This document shows positions 1 to 10,182 of a DNA stretch of 64,000 bases, piece after piece (the stretch's first letter is position 1; every line of letters starts with the position of its first letter). The translations under genes and the position numbers were made by a program. This DNA is from a bacterium (GTDB taxonomy: Bacteria; Zhuqueibacterota; Zhuqueibacteria; Residuimicrobiales; Krinioviventaceae). The notes beneath the pieces were generated by a model, which saw nothing but the letters and a program-made list of their open reading frames with translations, searched no databases and was not told the DNA's origin. Location: positions 1,696,001 to 1,760,000 of the forward strand of contig CAXXMD010000003.1 of the NCBI GenBank assembly GCA_963675755.2. The letters are read 5' to 3'.

Positions 1-432
1 AATTCGGCTTATTATTATTTCTATTGTGACGCATTGATGGCTATGCTGCAATCACCCCAAAACGCGCTAAATCCTTTTCTTATAAAGGGATTGAAGTTGG
101 CTTTATCCTGGCTCAAAGTGGATTCAAAGATTGTAGCTTCTACAGGATTACCTCAAATTTCAGATCGTAATGAGCGAATTGTTGCCTGGTGTGAGCAAAC
201 AGGCTGCGATACGTTTATAATCGAGCCCTTTGAAAAAGACCTGCTTGACCTGGAGTGGCTCTCTAAAAAGGGGATTGTTTTGAAGGAATTTTCTATAGAA
301 ACAGTAACCTATTTTCAGCAATATCCGGATTTTTATTTCCCATTATCCGTTCTTGATTTGCTGTTCAATGAGGGAGAGATGGCACCTGCATTGATTAAAG
401 CAAAAAGTATTCTGAAAAAAATAGTTATATAA
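1..432 (+). CDS. WbqC-family protein, 5'-partial
   Basis: The frame is open from base 1 (NSAYYYFYCDAL...). C-terminal Y.Q....F...LSVLDLLFNEG matches the WbqC family signature. Confidence 0.75.
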   Translation, partial: NSAYYYFYCDALMAMLQSPQNALNPFLIKGLKLALSWLKVDSKIVASTGLPQISDRNERIVAWCEQTGCDTFIIEPFEKDLLDLEWLSKKGIVLKEFSIETVTYFQQYPDFYFPLSVLDLLFNEGEMAPALIKAKSILKKIVI

Positions 433-452
433 AATCTAGCCTGTCAAAGCAC

Positions 453-3400
453 TTATTTTAAAAGTATCATTTTTTTAACATCTAAAAAATCCCCAGCCTT
501 GATTTTAACAAAATATAAACCATTTGAATAGTTTGTTGCATCCCAGTGTGTTTTATAATGACCCCCATGTTTGTAACAAGATAAAAGTACTTTTACTAAT
601 TGTCCATTACTGTTGTAAATAGAGAGCTCAACAAATTCCGATTTTGGTAAATCAAAACTGATATGTGTAACCGGATTAAAGGGGTTGGGATAATTTTGAT
701 ATAAACCAAAGGATTTGGGTAATAGAGTGTTGTCGTCAAGACCAGTTGTAGTATTTACGACAATTAATTTCTTTTTAACCATTGAGTCAATGTTATCTAA
801 ACCCGAGATTTCAAGAGAGACCGTAAAAGTGTCCGTTTTTTCAAATGTATGAGAAGGGTTTTGTAGCCTGCTGGAGAATCCATCACCAAAGTCCCAAAGC
901 CAGGATTTTACTGTACCCTTTGAGGTGTCTTGAAATTTTGCAGGAAACGGTAAAGTACCACCGGTTGTATCAACAGTAAAATCTGCAATTAATGATTGTA
1001 ATGGTACAGAACCTGTGTTTTGACTATTAAATTGATATTCCGGCCATTGGCCTCTACTTTGCGTGTTTGTTTGAAGAGCGTGTACTATACCTTCTGAAGT
1101 TATAAAAACAAGTAAACCCTTATTGTTGATAGCGGCAGATGTCGATATTTCCCCCTCGGTTTGATAAGAAAATAGCTCCTCCCCTTGTGGATTGATGGAA
1201 TAAAAAATCCCATCAACAGTTCCAAAATATATATTCCCTTCTTCATCAATAACAGGAGGAGTTTTTATAAATCTTTCTGTGTCAAAAACCCATCTTGTTG
1301 TCCCATCGGGATTCAAAGATAAAAGTCTGCCAGTAAAGTTATTGTTGAATATTCCAATGTAGAGTGTTCCATCTGCTGCTATTACAGGCATTGTAAATGA
1401 ATCCAGATAAAAAGCATAATCCCAATAAAGAGTGCCATCTGGATTTAAAGCTATGAGTTTATTATAACTATTTCTATTATAAACATATTTAAGGCAATAA
1501 TATATGGTTCCATCTGCACCAATGGTTGGTGGATGAGAAAATGACACGAATTCTTTAATTCCTTTGTTCCATTTTAAAGAACCATCAGAAGAAAGGGCAT
1601 ATAATTTATCATTTTTACAACTAAAATAAATTGAACCGTCTTTCGCCAATGCGGGAGTTGATTCAAGATTGTGTAAGATGGGTGATTGCCATTTTAAATT
1701 TCCATCGCTGGTAAGGCAATAAAAATTTTTATCATTAGAACCGAAATATATCAAGCTGTCAGGCCCAACTAAAGGAGAAGTCTCAATGTTGCCTCTAGTT
1801 AAATATGACCATTTTTCAGTTCCATCTTGATTTAAAGCATATAAATTATTGTCGTTCGTACCAAAAAATATTGTTCCATCATGTCCAATTGCAGCAGAAG
1901 CAGTAACAAATCCGCCCACATTTTTTGTCCATTTTACGGTACCATCTTCATTTAATGTTATAATACGTTCATCAGGATATGAGCCGTTACCACCAAAATA
2001 TGTTATAGAATTATCATTGTTTATGACAGGAGCTGTGACAACTTTTAATCCTGTTTCATACTTCCATTCCAGATTATTATAAAATAAAGTAATGGTTTCT
2101 GAACTTTTATGGTTTTGGTTGTCTGATACAGTTAATCCTACAAGATAATTACCATATTTTTTATTTGTAAAAGAAACGTTTATAGTACTTGAAGTCGAGT
2201 CGACAAGCTTTATTGAACTCCCTTGAGGTTGTTGTACAATTCGCCATAAATACGATAATTCACCACCATTGGAATTTATTGAACTCCTCCCATCCAAGGT
2301 AAATTCTTCACCATTTTTAACCAGTATCGTATCTTGAGTTAGTATTGCTTTTGGATTGTTGATCAATTCACCACAACCTGTATTTTGATTGTTTCTCATA
2401 AAAGTTGGCCAATTACTTGCCAGTAATCCCTTACTGCTACTCGACAAGGCATAATTGGTATTGCTCAAAGTCCTAAAATATAATGTTCCATTATCTCCTA
2501 TTAAGGGGCTGCTTATAATACTACTATCTGCTTCAAATGTCCACCGTGTTGAACCATCTGGATTCAGAGCGTACAAAATATTTTTTGAAGAACCAAAATA
2601 TATCGTGCTATCGGAGCCTAATGTTATTTGATTTTGGATTATTCCATCTGTTTCAAAGGTCCATTTTAACAACCCGTTGTTGTTTAAGACATTTAATAAT
2701 CCTTTTGCTCGATCAACAAAATATACTGAACCCTCTAAATCAATAACCGGGGGAATAAAAATACCTTGTTCTATGAAATATGACCATTTAATCGAACCAT
2801 CCGGATTTAATGCATAAAGATAGTTATTAAAAGAGCCAACATATAGAGTACCATCTTTTCCTATTGCTGGTGTTAGCAATTTCCCTTGATTCGAAAAAGA
2901 CCATTTTTCATTTCCATCGGAATTAAATGCAAGCAATAGGTAGTTTTCAGATATACAATAAATACTTCCATCAGTTCCAATAACAAATGATGTCAAGTTT
3001 ACATAATTTGTAGTTTTGTCCCATTTTAAAGATCCATCAGAATTTATTGCATAAATATTACCATTAGTAGAACCAAAATATAATGTTCCATCATTAGATT
3101 GAGCAAGGGTTGAAAGTATCATGCTATTTGTATGAAAGGACCATTTTTCAGTAAAATCTGTATTTAGAGCAAGTATATCATAACCATTTACAATGTAAAT
3201 TGTTTCATTGTTACCAATTAATAGATTCTGGTAACTTTCCATATTTTCAGATGAATAAATTTTATTACCATCACTATCTAAAACAAAAAAGCCTTCATCC
3301 AGGCTGCATAGATAAAGATTTCCATTAGTATCTAAAATGGGTGATAATGTTTGGTAATTACCACAATTATATTCCCATTTGACAGTCCCTTCTTGAGAGA

Positions 3401-3455
3401 ATATCTGGATTGAAAATAGTAAAATGAATAAACAAAACTTGAAAAAAGTATTCAT
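453..3455 (-). CDS. Secreted protein: two PQQ-like beta-propellers, Ig/PKD domains and a T9SS-type C-terminal sorting domain
   Basis: Signal peptide; many repeats of the type P.I..DGT.Y.G....LYALN.DG..KW; PKD motif SWLWDFGDG...NPSHTF; tail LYQNYPNPFNP...GLYFVKI...KKMILLK. Confidence 0.85.
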   Translation of the reverse strand: MNTFFKFCLFILLFSIQIFSQEGTVKWEYNCGNYQTLSPILDTNGNLYLCSLDEGFFVLDSDGNKIYSSENMESYQNLLIGNNETIYIVNGYDILALNTDFTEKWSFHTNSMILSTLAQSNDGTLYFGSTNGNIYAINSDGSLKWDKTTNYVNLTSFVIGTDGSIYCISENYLLLAFNSDGNEKWSFSNQGKLLTPAIGKDGTLYVGSFNNYLYALNPDGSIKWSYFIEQGIFIPPVIDLEGSVYFVDRAKGLLNVLNNNGLLKWTFETDGIIQNQITLGSDSTIYFGSSKNILYALNPDGSTRWTFEADSSIISSPLIGDNGTLYFRTLSNTNYALSSSSKGLLASNWPTFMRNNQNTGCGELINNPKAILTQDTILVKNGEEFTLDGRSSINSNGGELSYLWRIVQQPQGSSIKLVDSTSSTINVSFTNKKYGNYLVGLTVSDNQNHKSSETITLFYNNLEWKYETGLKVVTAPVINNDNSITYFGGNGSYPDERIITLNEDGTVKWTKNVGGFVTASAAIGHDGTIFFGTNDNNLYALNQDGTEKWSYLTRGNIETSPLVGPDSLIYFGSNDKNFYCLTSDGNLKWQSPILHNLESTPALAKDGSIYFSCKNDKLYALSSDGSLKWNKGIKEFVSFSHPPTIGADGTIYYCLKYVYNRNSYNKLIALNPDGTLYWDYAFYLDSFTMPVIAADGTLYIGIFNNNFTGRLLSLNPDGTTRWVFDTERFIKTPPVIDEEGNIYFGTVDGIFYSINPQGEELFSYQTEGEISTSAAINNKGLLVFITSEGIVHALQTNTQSRGQWPEYQFNSQNTGSVPLQSLIADFTVDTTGGTLPFPAKFQDTSKGTVKSWLWDFGDGFSSRLQNPSHTFEKTDTFTVSLEISGLDNIDSMVKKKLIVVNTTTGLDDNTLLPKSFGLYQNYPNPFNPVTHISFDLPKSEFVELSIYNSNGQLVKVLLSCYKHGGHYKTHWDATNYSNGLYFVKIKAGDFLDVKKMILLK

Positions 3456-3612
3456 TTCCCCGCCTTTACAATACTATATAATTGATTTGATTGTTAGAGA
3501 GATATAAATTCCCATTGATCAATTATACTAATAAAAAGTAATAAAACAAATAGATTTTAAGGGTAAAATATGGTGGTAGATAACTTAATTATTTAGGTAA
3601 AAACTACAATAT

Positions 3613-4533
3613 TTAATCCTGGCTGGCATGGACTGCGCGCACAATGCTTTCCGCAACCAATTCACAAGCCATTGCACCTGCAAGGTTAATATCCAGTTGT
3701 TTTTCCCCACAAGACATTGCAAAAACAATATCCCCGTCATAAAGGGTATGTGCCGGCCGAATAGTTCTTGCAAATCCATCCTGAGCCATTTGTGCGATTT
3801 TGATGCAATCTTCTTTATTAAATTCAGCGTTGGTAGCTACAACAGACAGGGTTGTGTTTGCCGATGGAAAGTTGGGATCTGACATTTGTTCCATAAGCTT
3901 GAGCGATTCAACATAATCGGTACCGTCATTGGTTTTGGCTCCCGCAAGAATGGCATTGGTTTCGGGATCTATGACTTCACCCAGGGGATTAACCACGGTC
4001 AGTACGCCAATGACAACACCATTTGAAAAGGAATGAGAACAGGTCCCAATTCCGCCTGCTGAGGCATAGGCTTGTCCACGAATCTTGCCAACGGTAGCAC
4101 CGCAACCCGCACCAATGAGGCCTTCACGAAATTCTTTGTGAGAAGCATTAATACAGGCGTCATAACCCATCTTTTCATCAGGTCGAACAGATGCGTCGCC
4201 TACGGCAAGATCAAAAATTACGGCAGCCGGAACAATGGGTATTTTCGCTACGCCTACATCATAACCCATTTCAATGGATTCCAGGTAACGTTGAACACCT
4301 GCGGCAGCATTTAAACCAAAGGCACTGCCGCCTGTCAATAAAATACCATGAATGTGATTGATTAAACGTACAGGCTGAAGAACTTCTGTCTCCCGGGTAC
4401 CGGGTGCTGATCCCCGAATATCTATACCGGCTACAGATTCTTTTTCAGGAAGAATAACCGTACATCCTGTTTTTGCAGATGTGTTTTGAGAGTGCCCAAC
4501 CCGAATCCCCGGTACGTCACATATTGAACTCAA
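3613..4533 (-). CDS. Peptidase S58 / DmpA (P1) family
   Basis: Motifs I.DVPGIRVGH, TGCTVI, RGSAPGTRET, LTGGSAFGL, NTTL.VVATNA, PAHTLYDGD.VF. TTG start overlaps the upstream stop (TTGA). Confidence 0.9.
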   Translation of the reverse strand: MSSICDVPGIRVGHSQNTSAKTGCTVILPEKESVAGIDIRGSAPGTRETEVLQPVRLINHIHGILLTGGSAFGLNAAAGVQRYLESIEMGYDVGVAKIPIVPAAVIFDLAVGDASVRPDEKMGYDACINASHKEFREGLIGAGCGATVGKIRGQAYASAGGIGTCSHSFSNGVVIGVLTVVNPLGEVIDPETNAILAGAKTNDGTDYVESLKLMEQMSDPNFPSANTTLSVVATNAEFNKEDCIKIAQMAQDGFARTIRPAHTLYDGDIVFAMSCGEKQLDINLAGAMACELVAESIVRAVHASQD

Positions 4534-5684
4534 TTTATCATTCCTGAACCGTTTTCCTGGTCCTTTTTAGTAACAATATTAAATTTTTTACGGCTTGGCA
4601 GTTCAAGTATCAGGCTTTTATCGTTAAAGAAAAAGAGATCGCTAATGGCAAGGCCAATTTGTTTGCGAAGGGGTTTCCAGTTGTCACGATATGCCTGGGT
4701 ATCGATGTTGGTGCCGTTTTTGTCTTTACTGATCAGGAAAACCCGTTCCGGGTGGCGCCGATCAATAAGAAATGGTGAGTGGGTCGTATATAGAATCTGA
4801 TTATTTACAGATAATTCTTCAAGAACCTGAATTAAATCTTTTTGTCCTGCCGGATGCAAATGAATGCCTGGCTCATCGATTAAAAAGACATAGTCGGTTG
4901 AACGGTCTTCAAAGGTTTTGGTGATAAAGTTGACATAAAAAGAGAGGTACCAGCGAAAGCCCAGACTGCGTGATTCCGGTGGATCTAATACCGTCGTTGA
5001 ATCCGCAAAGTCAATATACAGCACATTTCCGTTGATATGGAGTTTAATCTCTATGGACTGTTCCTGAGACCATACCCTGCGAATTTGTTCTGTAATAATA
5101 CGGCTTGCTTCTTCAGCTGCACGTCTGCCTCGTGAGCTGTCTTCAAAAATCAGATCGTAATCATCAATATTGCCAATTCTTAACAGATTCTTTTCTGTTG
5201 AAAATTCTGCACTGTTAGATATCAGGCTTTCATAGTTGACCTTGTTTTTAAGCAGAGGTATTTCACTGAAATAAATGATTTTTGGCAAAGCCTGCATCAG
5301 TTTTTTCATGTCTACTTTATCAAACTCTTCATCTCCAATATAGAGATGATAGTTTGATATATCCGGGCCATCTCTTTTAATTCGAAAGCTGGTTACATCT
5401 TTGAATACGTCGGAAACTAATAATAATTTACGACGATTTTCTTTGGAAAAATTTGAAAATTCGAGTATAATTTCGGGGCATTTGCCTTCATGATAATGAC
5501 TTGAATATTGGCAAGTAATTGAACTGTCAAAGGGCACATCGGTACGGAATGCTTCAACAGATTTTAACAGATTTGTTTTTCCATTTTCGTTTGCGCCAAT
5601 GAAAACATTGATCTTGGGATCAAGGGGTACGGAAAGATCGTAAATCGACTTGAACGCTTTGACCGATATTTTACTAATATTCAT
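4530..5684 (-). CDS. OLD/AAA_15-like ABC-fold ATPase lacking the C-terminal TOPRIM domain
   Basis: Walker A GANENGKT, signature RSLGFRW, Walker B LIDEPGIHLHP, H-loop TTHSPF. The protein ends about 25 aa after the point where TOPRIM normally begins. Confidence 0.8.
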   Translation of the reverse strand: MNISKISVKAFKSIYDLSVPLDPKINVFIGANENGKTNLLKSVEAFRTDVPFDSSITCQYSSHYHEGKCPEIILEFSNFSKENRRKLLLVSDVFKDVTSFRIKRDGPDISNYHLYIGDEEFDKVDMKKLMQALPKIIYFSEIPLLKNKVNYESLISNSAEFSTEKNLLRIGNIDDYDLIFEDSSRGRRAAEEASRIITEQIRRVWSQEQSIEIKLHINGNVLYIDFADSTTVLDPPESRSLGFRWYLSFYVNFITKTFEDRSTDYVFLIDEPGIHLHPAGQKDLIQVLEELSVNNQILYTTHSPFLIDRRHPERVFLISKDKNGTNIDTQAYRDNWKPLRKQIGLAISDLFFFNDKSLILELPSRKKFNIVTKKDQENGSGMIN

Positions 5685-5715
5685 ATACTGGTCCCCATTT
5701 ACCTCAGTTTAATGA

Positions 5716-8274
5716 TTAACCCTTGTACCAGGTGATCAGGCCCATTTCGTGCGGGTTTTTCAAGTTCTCATGGAAAGGCAGTACCCGCAGAGAAAAGCCA
5801 TGCTGTCCGGTATGATTACAGGGTATTTCTGCTTTGTAGTTATAAACACTGTCAGTGGGTGTGCCTTCAGGTTTCATAGAAACCGTTTCACCGGCGGTGA
5901 TTTCACCTTCACTGTCCAGTCTTCCGTAATAAATCTCTATATTTACATCTTGTGGTTTAATGTTTTTCATGTCCAAAGTTGCGGTAATTGAAAAATTATC
6001 ACCAACAGAGATTTCCTGGAAATTATCTGATGTTACTTTTACTATTTTAATATGGTTCCAGTTTTTAACCATATTACTTTTCCATTTGGAAAGGCCTTTG
6101 GTTATTGCGAAATTATTTTCGCTGAATTGGAACCATTGTTCGGCAGAGGGTTGGTAATATTTTTGTAAATATTCACGAACCATTCTGTTTGTATTATAAA
6201 CGGGTGATACCTCTTTGATGATGTTTTTCATCATACTGATCCAGTCTCTTGGCAGATTATTCTTGCTGCGTCGATAAAAAGTAGGTATCACGTCATTTTC
6301 AAGTAAATGATAAAGAGCCGCAGATTCTAAAAGATCCTGTTCTTCTGTGTCTGAATATTCTTCGCCTTGGCCAATTGCCCAGCCAATACCGGTGTTGTAT
6401 GCTTCATCCCACCAGCCGTCAAGAATGCTCAGGTTTAATGCGCCATTCGCGCCAGCTTTCATTCCGCTGGTACCACTTGCCTCACGGGGACGTCTTGGGT
6501 TGTTGAGCCAAACATCCACACCTTGCACCAGGTATGAACCTAGTGTAATGTCATAATTTTCTAAAAAGACAATCTTGTGTCTGAATTCTTCCTGGCGAAT
6601 AACACTAGTAATATCCTGAATGATTCCTTTACCTATCTTGTCTCTTGGGTGTGCTTTACCCGCAAAAATAATCTGAACAGGCATATCTTTATTATTCAGG
6701 ATCTTGTCTAATCGTTCTGTATCTTTAAAGAGCAAATACGCGCGTTTATATTGAGCAAAGCGCCTTGCAAATCCAATAGTTAGTGCTTCAGGATCAAGAA
6801 CTTCGCTTGCAATTTCAATTTCTTTTTTGCTTGCACCTGACCGCACCATGTGTTTGTGCAGTCGGTTTCGGGCAATGGCAACCAACCGTTCCCGGCGTCT
6901 TTCATGTGTTCGCCACAACTCTTCGTCAGGAATAAGATCAATCTTGGGCCATTGCGATTCGTCCAATGGATTTCTGTACCAATAAGGTCCCAGATAACGG
7001 CTGAACAATTCGGCCATATCTTCTGATATCCATGAACGGATATGAACGCCATTGGTAACATGCCCAATAGGAACTTCGTCTTTGGGAAGTTCGGGCCATA
7101 AATAATGCCACATGTCGCGTGCAACCTGGCCGTGTAGTTTACTAACACCATTGCAGGCACCGGCAAAGTTTATAGCGAAAATTGCCATATTGAACTTACC
7201 ACCAGTTTCCTCAAAGTGCGTACCACCAAACCGATAAAATTGTTCTCTGGATAAAGATAGCGCATCTATATAGCTGCCCAAATAAGTATCCATTAACTGA
7301 ATGTCAAATTCGTCTATACCTGCAGGTACCGGGGTGTGGGTTGTAAAAACACTGCTAACCTTGACCGCTTCGGTAGCTTCGGAAAAATTCATTTTTTGCT
7401 CTTGCATCAACTGATGTAAACGTTCAATCACAAGAAACGCAGAGTGACCTTCGTTCATGTGGCAAATATCTGGTCTTATTCCAAGGGCATCCAGGGCTCT
7501 TACGCCTCCTATACCCAAAAGCAGTTCCTGTTTGATACGGTTTTCATTGTCTCCACCGTAAAGCTGTGCGGTTATGGTGCGGTACTGCGGATCGTTATCT
7601 TGAATATTAGTATCTAAAAGGTAAAGGGGTACACGGCCTACCTGACATCTCCAGATTTGCGCATAAACTTTACCTTCAGGATAGTCGACAGAGATTTTTA
7701 CTGGCTCACCGTTTTCGTCCCGTTCCAGTTTGACCGGAAGATTGTAAAAATCATTCAGAGGATATGTTTCCTGTTGCCAGCCATCCCTGGCAAGGTATTG
7801 TTGAAAATATCCCTGTTGATACAACAAGCCCACACCTACAAGTGGAATCCCCAAATCACTGGCTGATTTTAAATGGTCACCAGCCAGAATTCCTAATCCA
7901 CCGGAATAGATGGGAAGGCCGTTTGCCAGACCAAATTCCATGGAAAAGTAAGCAAAGCGGGTATTTTTTAATTTTATATTTTCAGAGTACCATGTCTTTC
8001 GTTCCATATAGTCAGACAGTTTGTTCTGTACTCTGTTAAGAAAAGCCAAAAATCCTTCGTCCTGGGAAAAGGTTTGCAATTTTTCCTGATCAAGCTGCCC
8101 CAGCAATACAATGGGGTTACGGTTTGAGGCTTCCCACAAATCAGGATCCAGACGTCTGAAAATGGAACGGGATTCATGGTCCCAACTCCAATACAAGTTA
8201 TATGCAAGTTCTTTGAGAAATTCAAGGTTTTCCGGTAGCGTAGACACTACTTGATAATTTTTAATAGTATACAT
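5716..8274 (-). CDS. glgP: Alpha-glucan (glycogen) phosphorylase
   Basis: Motifs YFSMEFG, YSGGLGILAGD, HMNEGH, FTTHTPVPAG, FARRFAQYKR and the PLP-lysine motif EASGTSGMKA. Start moved to ATG 8274, which has AGGA 6 nt upstream (track start is 8298). Confidence 0.95.
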   Translation of the reverse strand: MYTIKNYQVVSTLPENLEFLKELAYNLYWSWDHESRSIFRRLDPDLWEASNRNPIVLLGQLDQEKLQTFSQDEGFLAFLNRVQNKLSDYMERKTWYSENIKLKNTRFAYFSMEFGLANGLPIYSGGLGILAGDHLKSASDLGIPLVGVGLLYQQGYFQQYLARDGWQQETYPLNDFYNLPVKLERDENGEPVKISVDYPEGKVYAQIWRCQVGRVPLYLLDTNIQDNDPQYRTITAQLYGGDNENRIKQELLLGIGGVRALDALGIRPDICHMNEGHSAFLVIERLHQLMQEQKMNFSEATEAVKVSSVFTTHTPVPAGIDEFDIQLMDTYLGSYIDALSLSREQFYRFGGTHFEETGGKFNMAIFAINFAGACNGVSKLHGQVARDMWHYLWPELPKDEVPIGHVTNGVHIRSWISEDMAELFSRYLGPYWYRNPLDESQWPKIDLIPDEELWRTHERRRERLVAIARNRLHKHMVRSGASKKEIEIASEVLDPEALTIGFARRFAQYKRAYLLFKDTERLDKILNNKDMPVQIIFAGKAHPRDKIGKGIIQDITSVIRQEEFRHKIVFLENYDITLGSYLVQGVDVWLNNPRRPREASGTSGMKAGANGALNLSILDGWWDEAYNTGIGWAIGQGEEYSDTEEQDLLESAALYHLLENDVIPTFYRRSKNNLPRDWISMMKNIIKEVSPVYNTNRMVREYLQKYYQPSAEQWFQFSENNFAITKGLSKWKSNMVKNWNHIKIVKVTSDNFQEISVGDNFSITATLDMKNIKPQDVNIEIYYGRLDSEGEITAGETVSMKPEGTPTDSVYNYKAEIPCNHTGQHGFSLRVLPFHENLKNPHEMGLITWYKG

Positions 8275-8718
8275 AAAAATTCCTGTAAAAATTTTCATAT
8301 TTTTATCTGCAAATCGAGCAAACTAAAGGTAAATAAAAATAACCCTTGATACAATAGAAAAATGGTAAAAAATTAATAGTGTCGGGTTGTTAAAAAGTGT
8401 TGTGATAAATTGTGGCATAACCCTTGCTTTAATAGGGTATGGAATGAGACACAATACAAGGTAAACGCTTGTTCCGGATTAATAGAAAAAAGGCCAAGAT
8501 AGAAACCGCCATAAAACAATAAAAAACAAATAATTATAAATATGAAAAAAATAAGGAAAAATATCGAATGGAAGGAGGTGGGGAACAAGAGTTCAATTAC
8601 TAATTTGTGATTGTATCACTTTAGAGTTACCGTTTCAACAAGAAACACTTTTTTAACAAAACCGCTTGTACCATTAAATCGTAGTTACTTTTTAACAAAA
8701 TTATAAATGGAGGGTATG

Positions 8719-10131
8719 ATGAAACACTCATCAACCATACCAGTCCTGATTATAACCCTGATTCTGATCGGAACGATGCTGGTTCCGGGTTTTTCGGCAA
8801 CAACCGATACACTGAGAGTTACAGACAGTTACGGGTTACCGGGTCAGGCAGGTACTTTTGCTATAGTACTTTCAAACACGACGACAATTAAGGGTTTGTA
8901 TTTTACCCTTACGGACTTTCCAGATTCTTTATCGGTAACCGATGTTGCTTTAACAACAAAGTCTGCCAACTTTCGGGTAGATACTACACAAGCTGATGGA
9001 ACATTAAAAGTATTAATGCTTCCCGTTGATCCTGCTGGAACATTGCTTGTACCTAAGACAAATGCAACTGGTGACACAATTTTGATGGTCACTGTAGATG
9101 TTGCTGATGGTGCAACCGGTGGAACAACAGCAAACATGACTTTGAATAATGTTAAAATGGCAAACGGGACAAATGGCGTAATGACCTTTATTAAAGATAA
9201 TGGAAAATTTTGGTTTGGTAAAAAATTGGATGTTATCTATAACGGTGTAGTAGATTTGTTTGACGTTTTGCGTATTGTTGACATTGCACTTGATCGTGGT
9301 GACCCACCCACTTCTTATGAACTTTGGGCAGCCGATTGGGATGATGACGGTTTAATTACCGTTGTTGATATTGGTGAAGCCATGGACCAGGCAGTTGCTC
9401 CTTCTTCTGCCAGAGTAACTCCATTGAGCAAATCTGCCGGCAGTGTAAAAGTTTCTTTACCTGCATTGCCTGCCAACTTTGTAGGTAAAATTGATGTACC
9501 CGTTACTGTCAATACTTCAGCAGCATTACATGGTTTACAGTTTGAGCTCGAGATGGAATCTGATAATTATGTTGTTGGATCACCCAGCACAACAAGTGCT
9601 TCTTCAGGTATGAGTATTGTCAGTAGAAAAGCTGGAAAAAAATTAAATGTAATTATGTGTGGCCTTGAAGGACAATCCGTGTCTATGGGTGAATCAACAG
9701 TTATGACAATTCCTGTTACAATCCGCAAGGCTTTGAATGAAACATCTACAATTTCTATCAATAACGCAATTGCTGGTTCTGCCAATGGAACTGCTCTGCA
9801 GACCATGACCGGACAAAGCTCTGATGTTTCTATTGTTCCTCAAACATTTGCTTTGCATCAGAACAGCCCGAATCCGTTCAATATGAACACAACAATTACT
9901 TTTGATGTGCCAAGCCTTGAAAATGGCTCAGTACCCGTTAAAATGGAAATCTTTAACACCCGTGGTCAGTTGGTAAAAACACTGGTAGATCATAGCAAGT
10001 CAGCTGGTCGTTATACTGTTCATTGGAATGGTTCTGACGATTATGGCAGAGAAGTTTCTTCAGGTGTTTATTTTTACAGATTTTCAGCCAGAGACGTGGT
10101 CTTGACTAAAAAACTGGCAATCATGAAATAA
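8719..10131 (+). CDS. Secreted cohesin-dockerin-cohesin protein with FlgD-Ig/T9SS-type C-terminal domain
   Basis: Signal peptide; cohesin-like ...VLSNTTTIKGLYFTL; dockerin pair DVIYNGVVDLFD / DWDDDGLITVVD; second cohesin-like VPVTVNTSAALHGLQFEL; tail QNSPNPFN...WNGSDD.G..VSSGVYFY. GGAGG at 8709-8713 favours ATG 8716 or 8719. Confidence 0.8.
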   Translation: MKHSSTIPVLIITLILIGTMLVPGFSATTDTLRVTDSYGLPGQAGTFAIVLSNTTTIKGLYFTLTDFPDSLSVTDVALTTKSANFRVDTTQADGTLKVLMLPVDPAGTLLVPKTNATGDTILMVTVDVADGATGGTTANMTLNNVKMANGTNGVMTFIKDNGKFWFGKKLDVIYNGVVDLFDVLRIVDIALDRGDPPTSYELWAADWDDDGLITVVDIGEAMDQAVAPSSARVTPLSKSAGSVKVSLPALPANFVGKIDVPVTVNTSAALHGLQFELEMESDNYVVGSPSTTSASSGMSIVSRKAGKKLNVIMCGLEGQSVSMGESTVMTIPVTIRKALNETSTISINNAIAGSANGTALQTMTGQSSDVSIVPQTFALHQNSPNPFNMNTTITFDVPSLENGSVPVKMEIFNTRGQLVKTLVDHSKSAGRYTVHWNGSDDYGREVSSGVYFYRFSARDVVLTKKLAIMK

Positions 10132-10182
10132 TTAGCAGGTATAACGAATTGGTAAAAATTAATAAAGAGATAGAGGTTAACA

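Noticed and set aside
453-3455. PQQ-dependent dehydrogenase or BamB
   Set aside because: Only the generic propeller repeats are present. There is no lipobox, and the PKD and sorting domains point to a surface protein.
4530-5684. Complete Gabija, PARIS or Septu defence system
   Set aside because: No UvrD helicase, HNH or TOPRIM partner is adjacent, and the neighbours are metabolic genes.
8373-8588. 71 aa hydrophobic ORF in the glgP / cohesin intergenic region
   Set aside because: Its Phe/Ile richness simply mirrors A-rich promoter DNA, and it has no convincing start or RBS.
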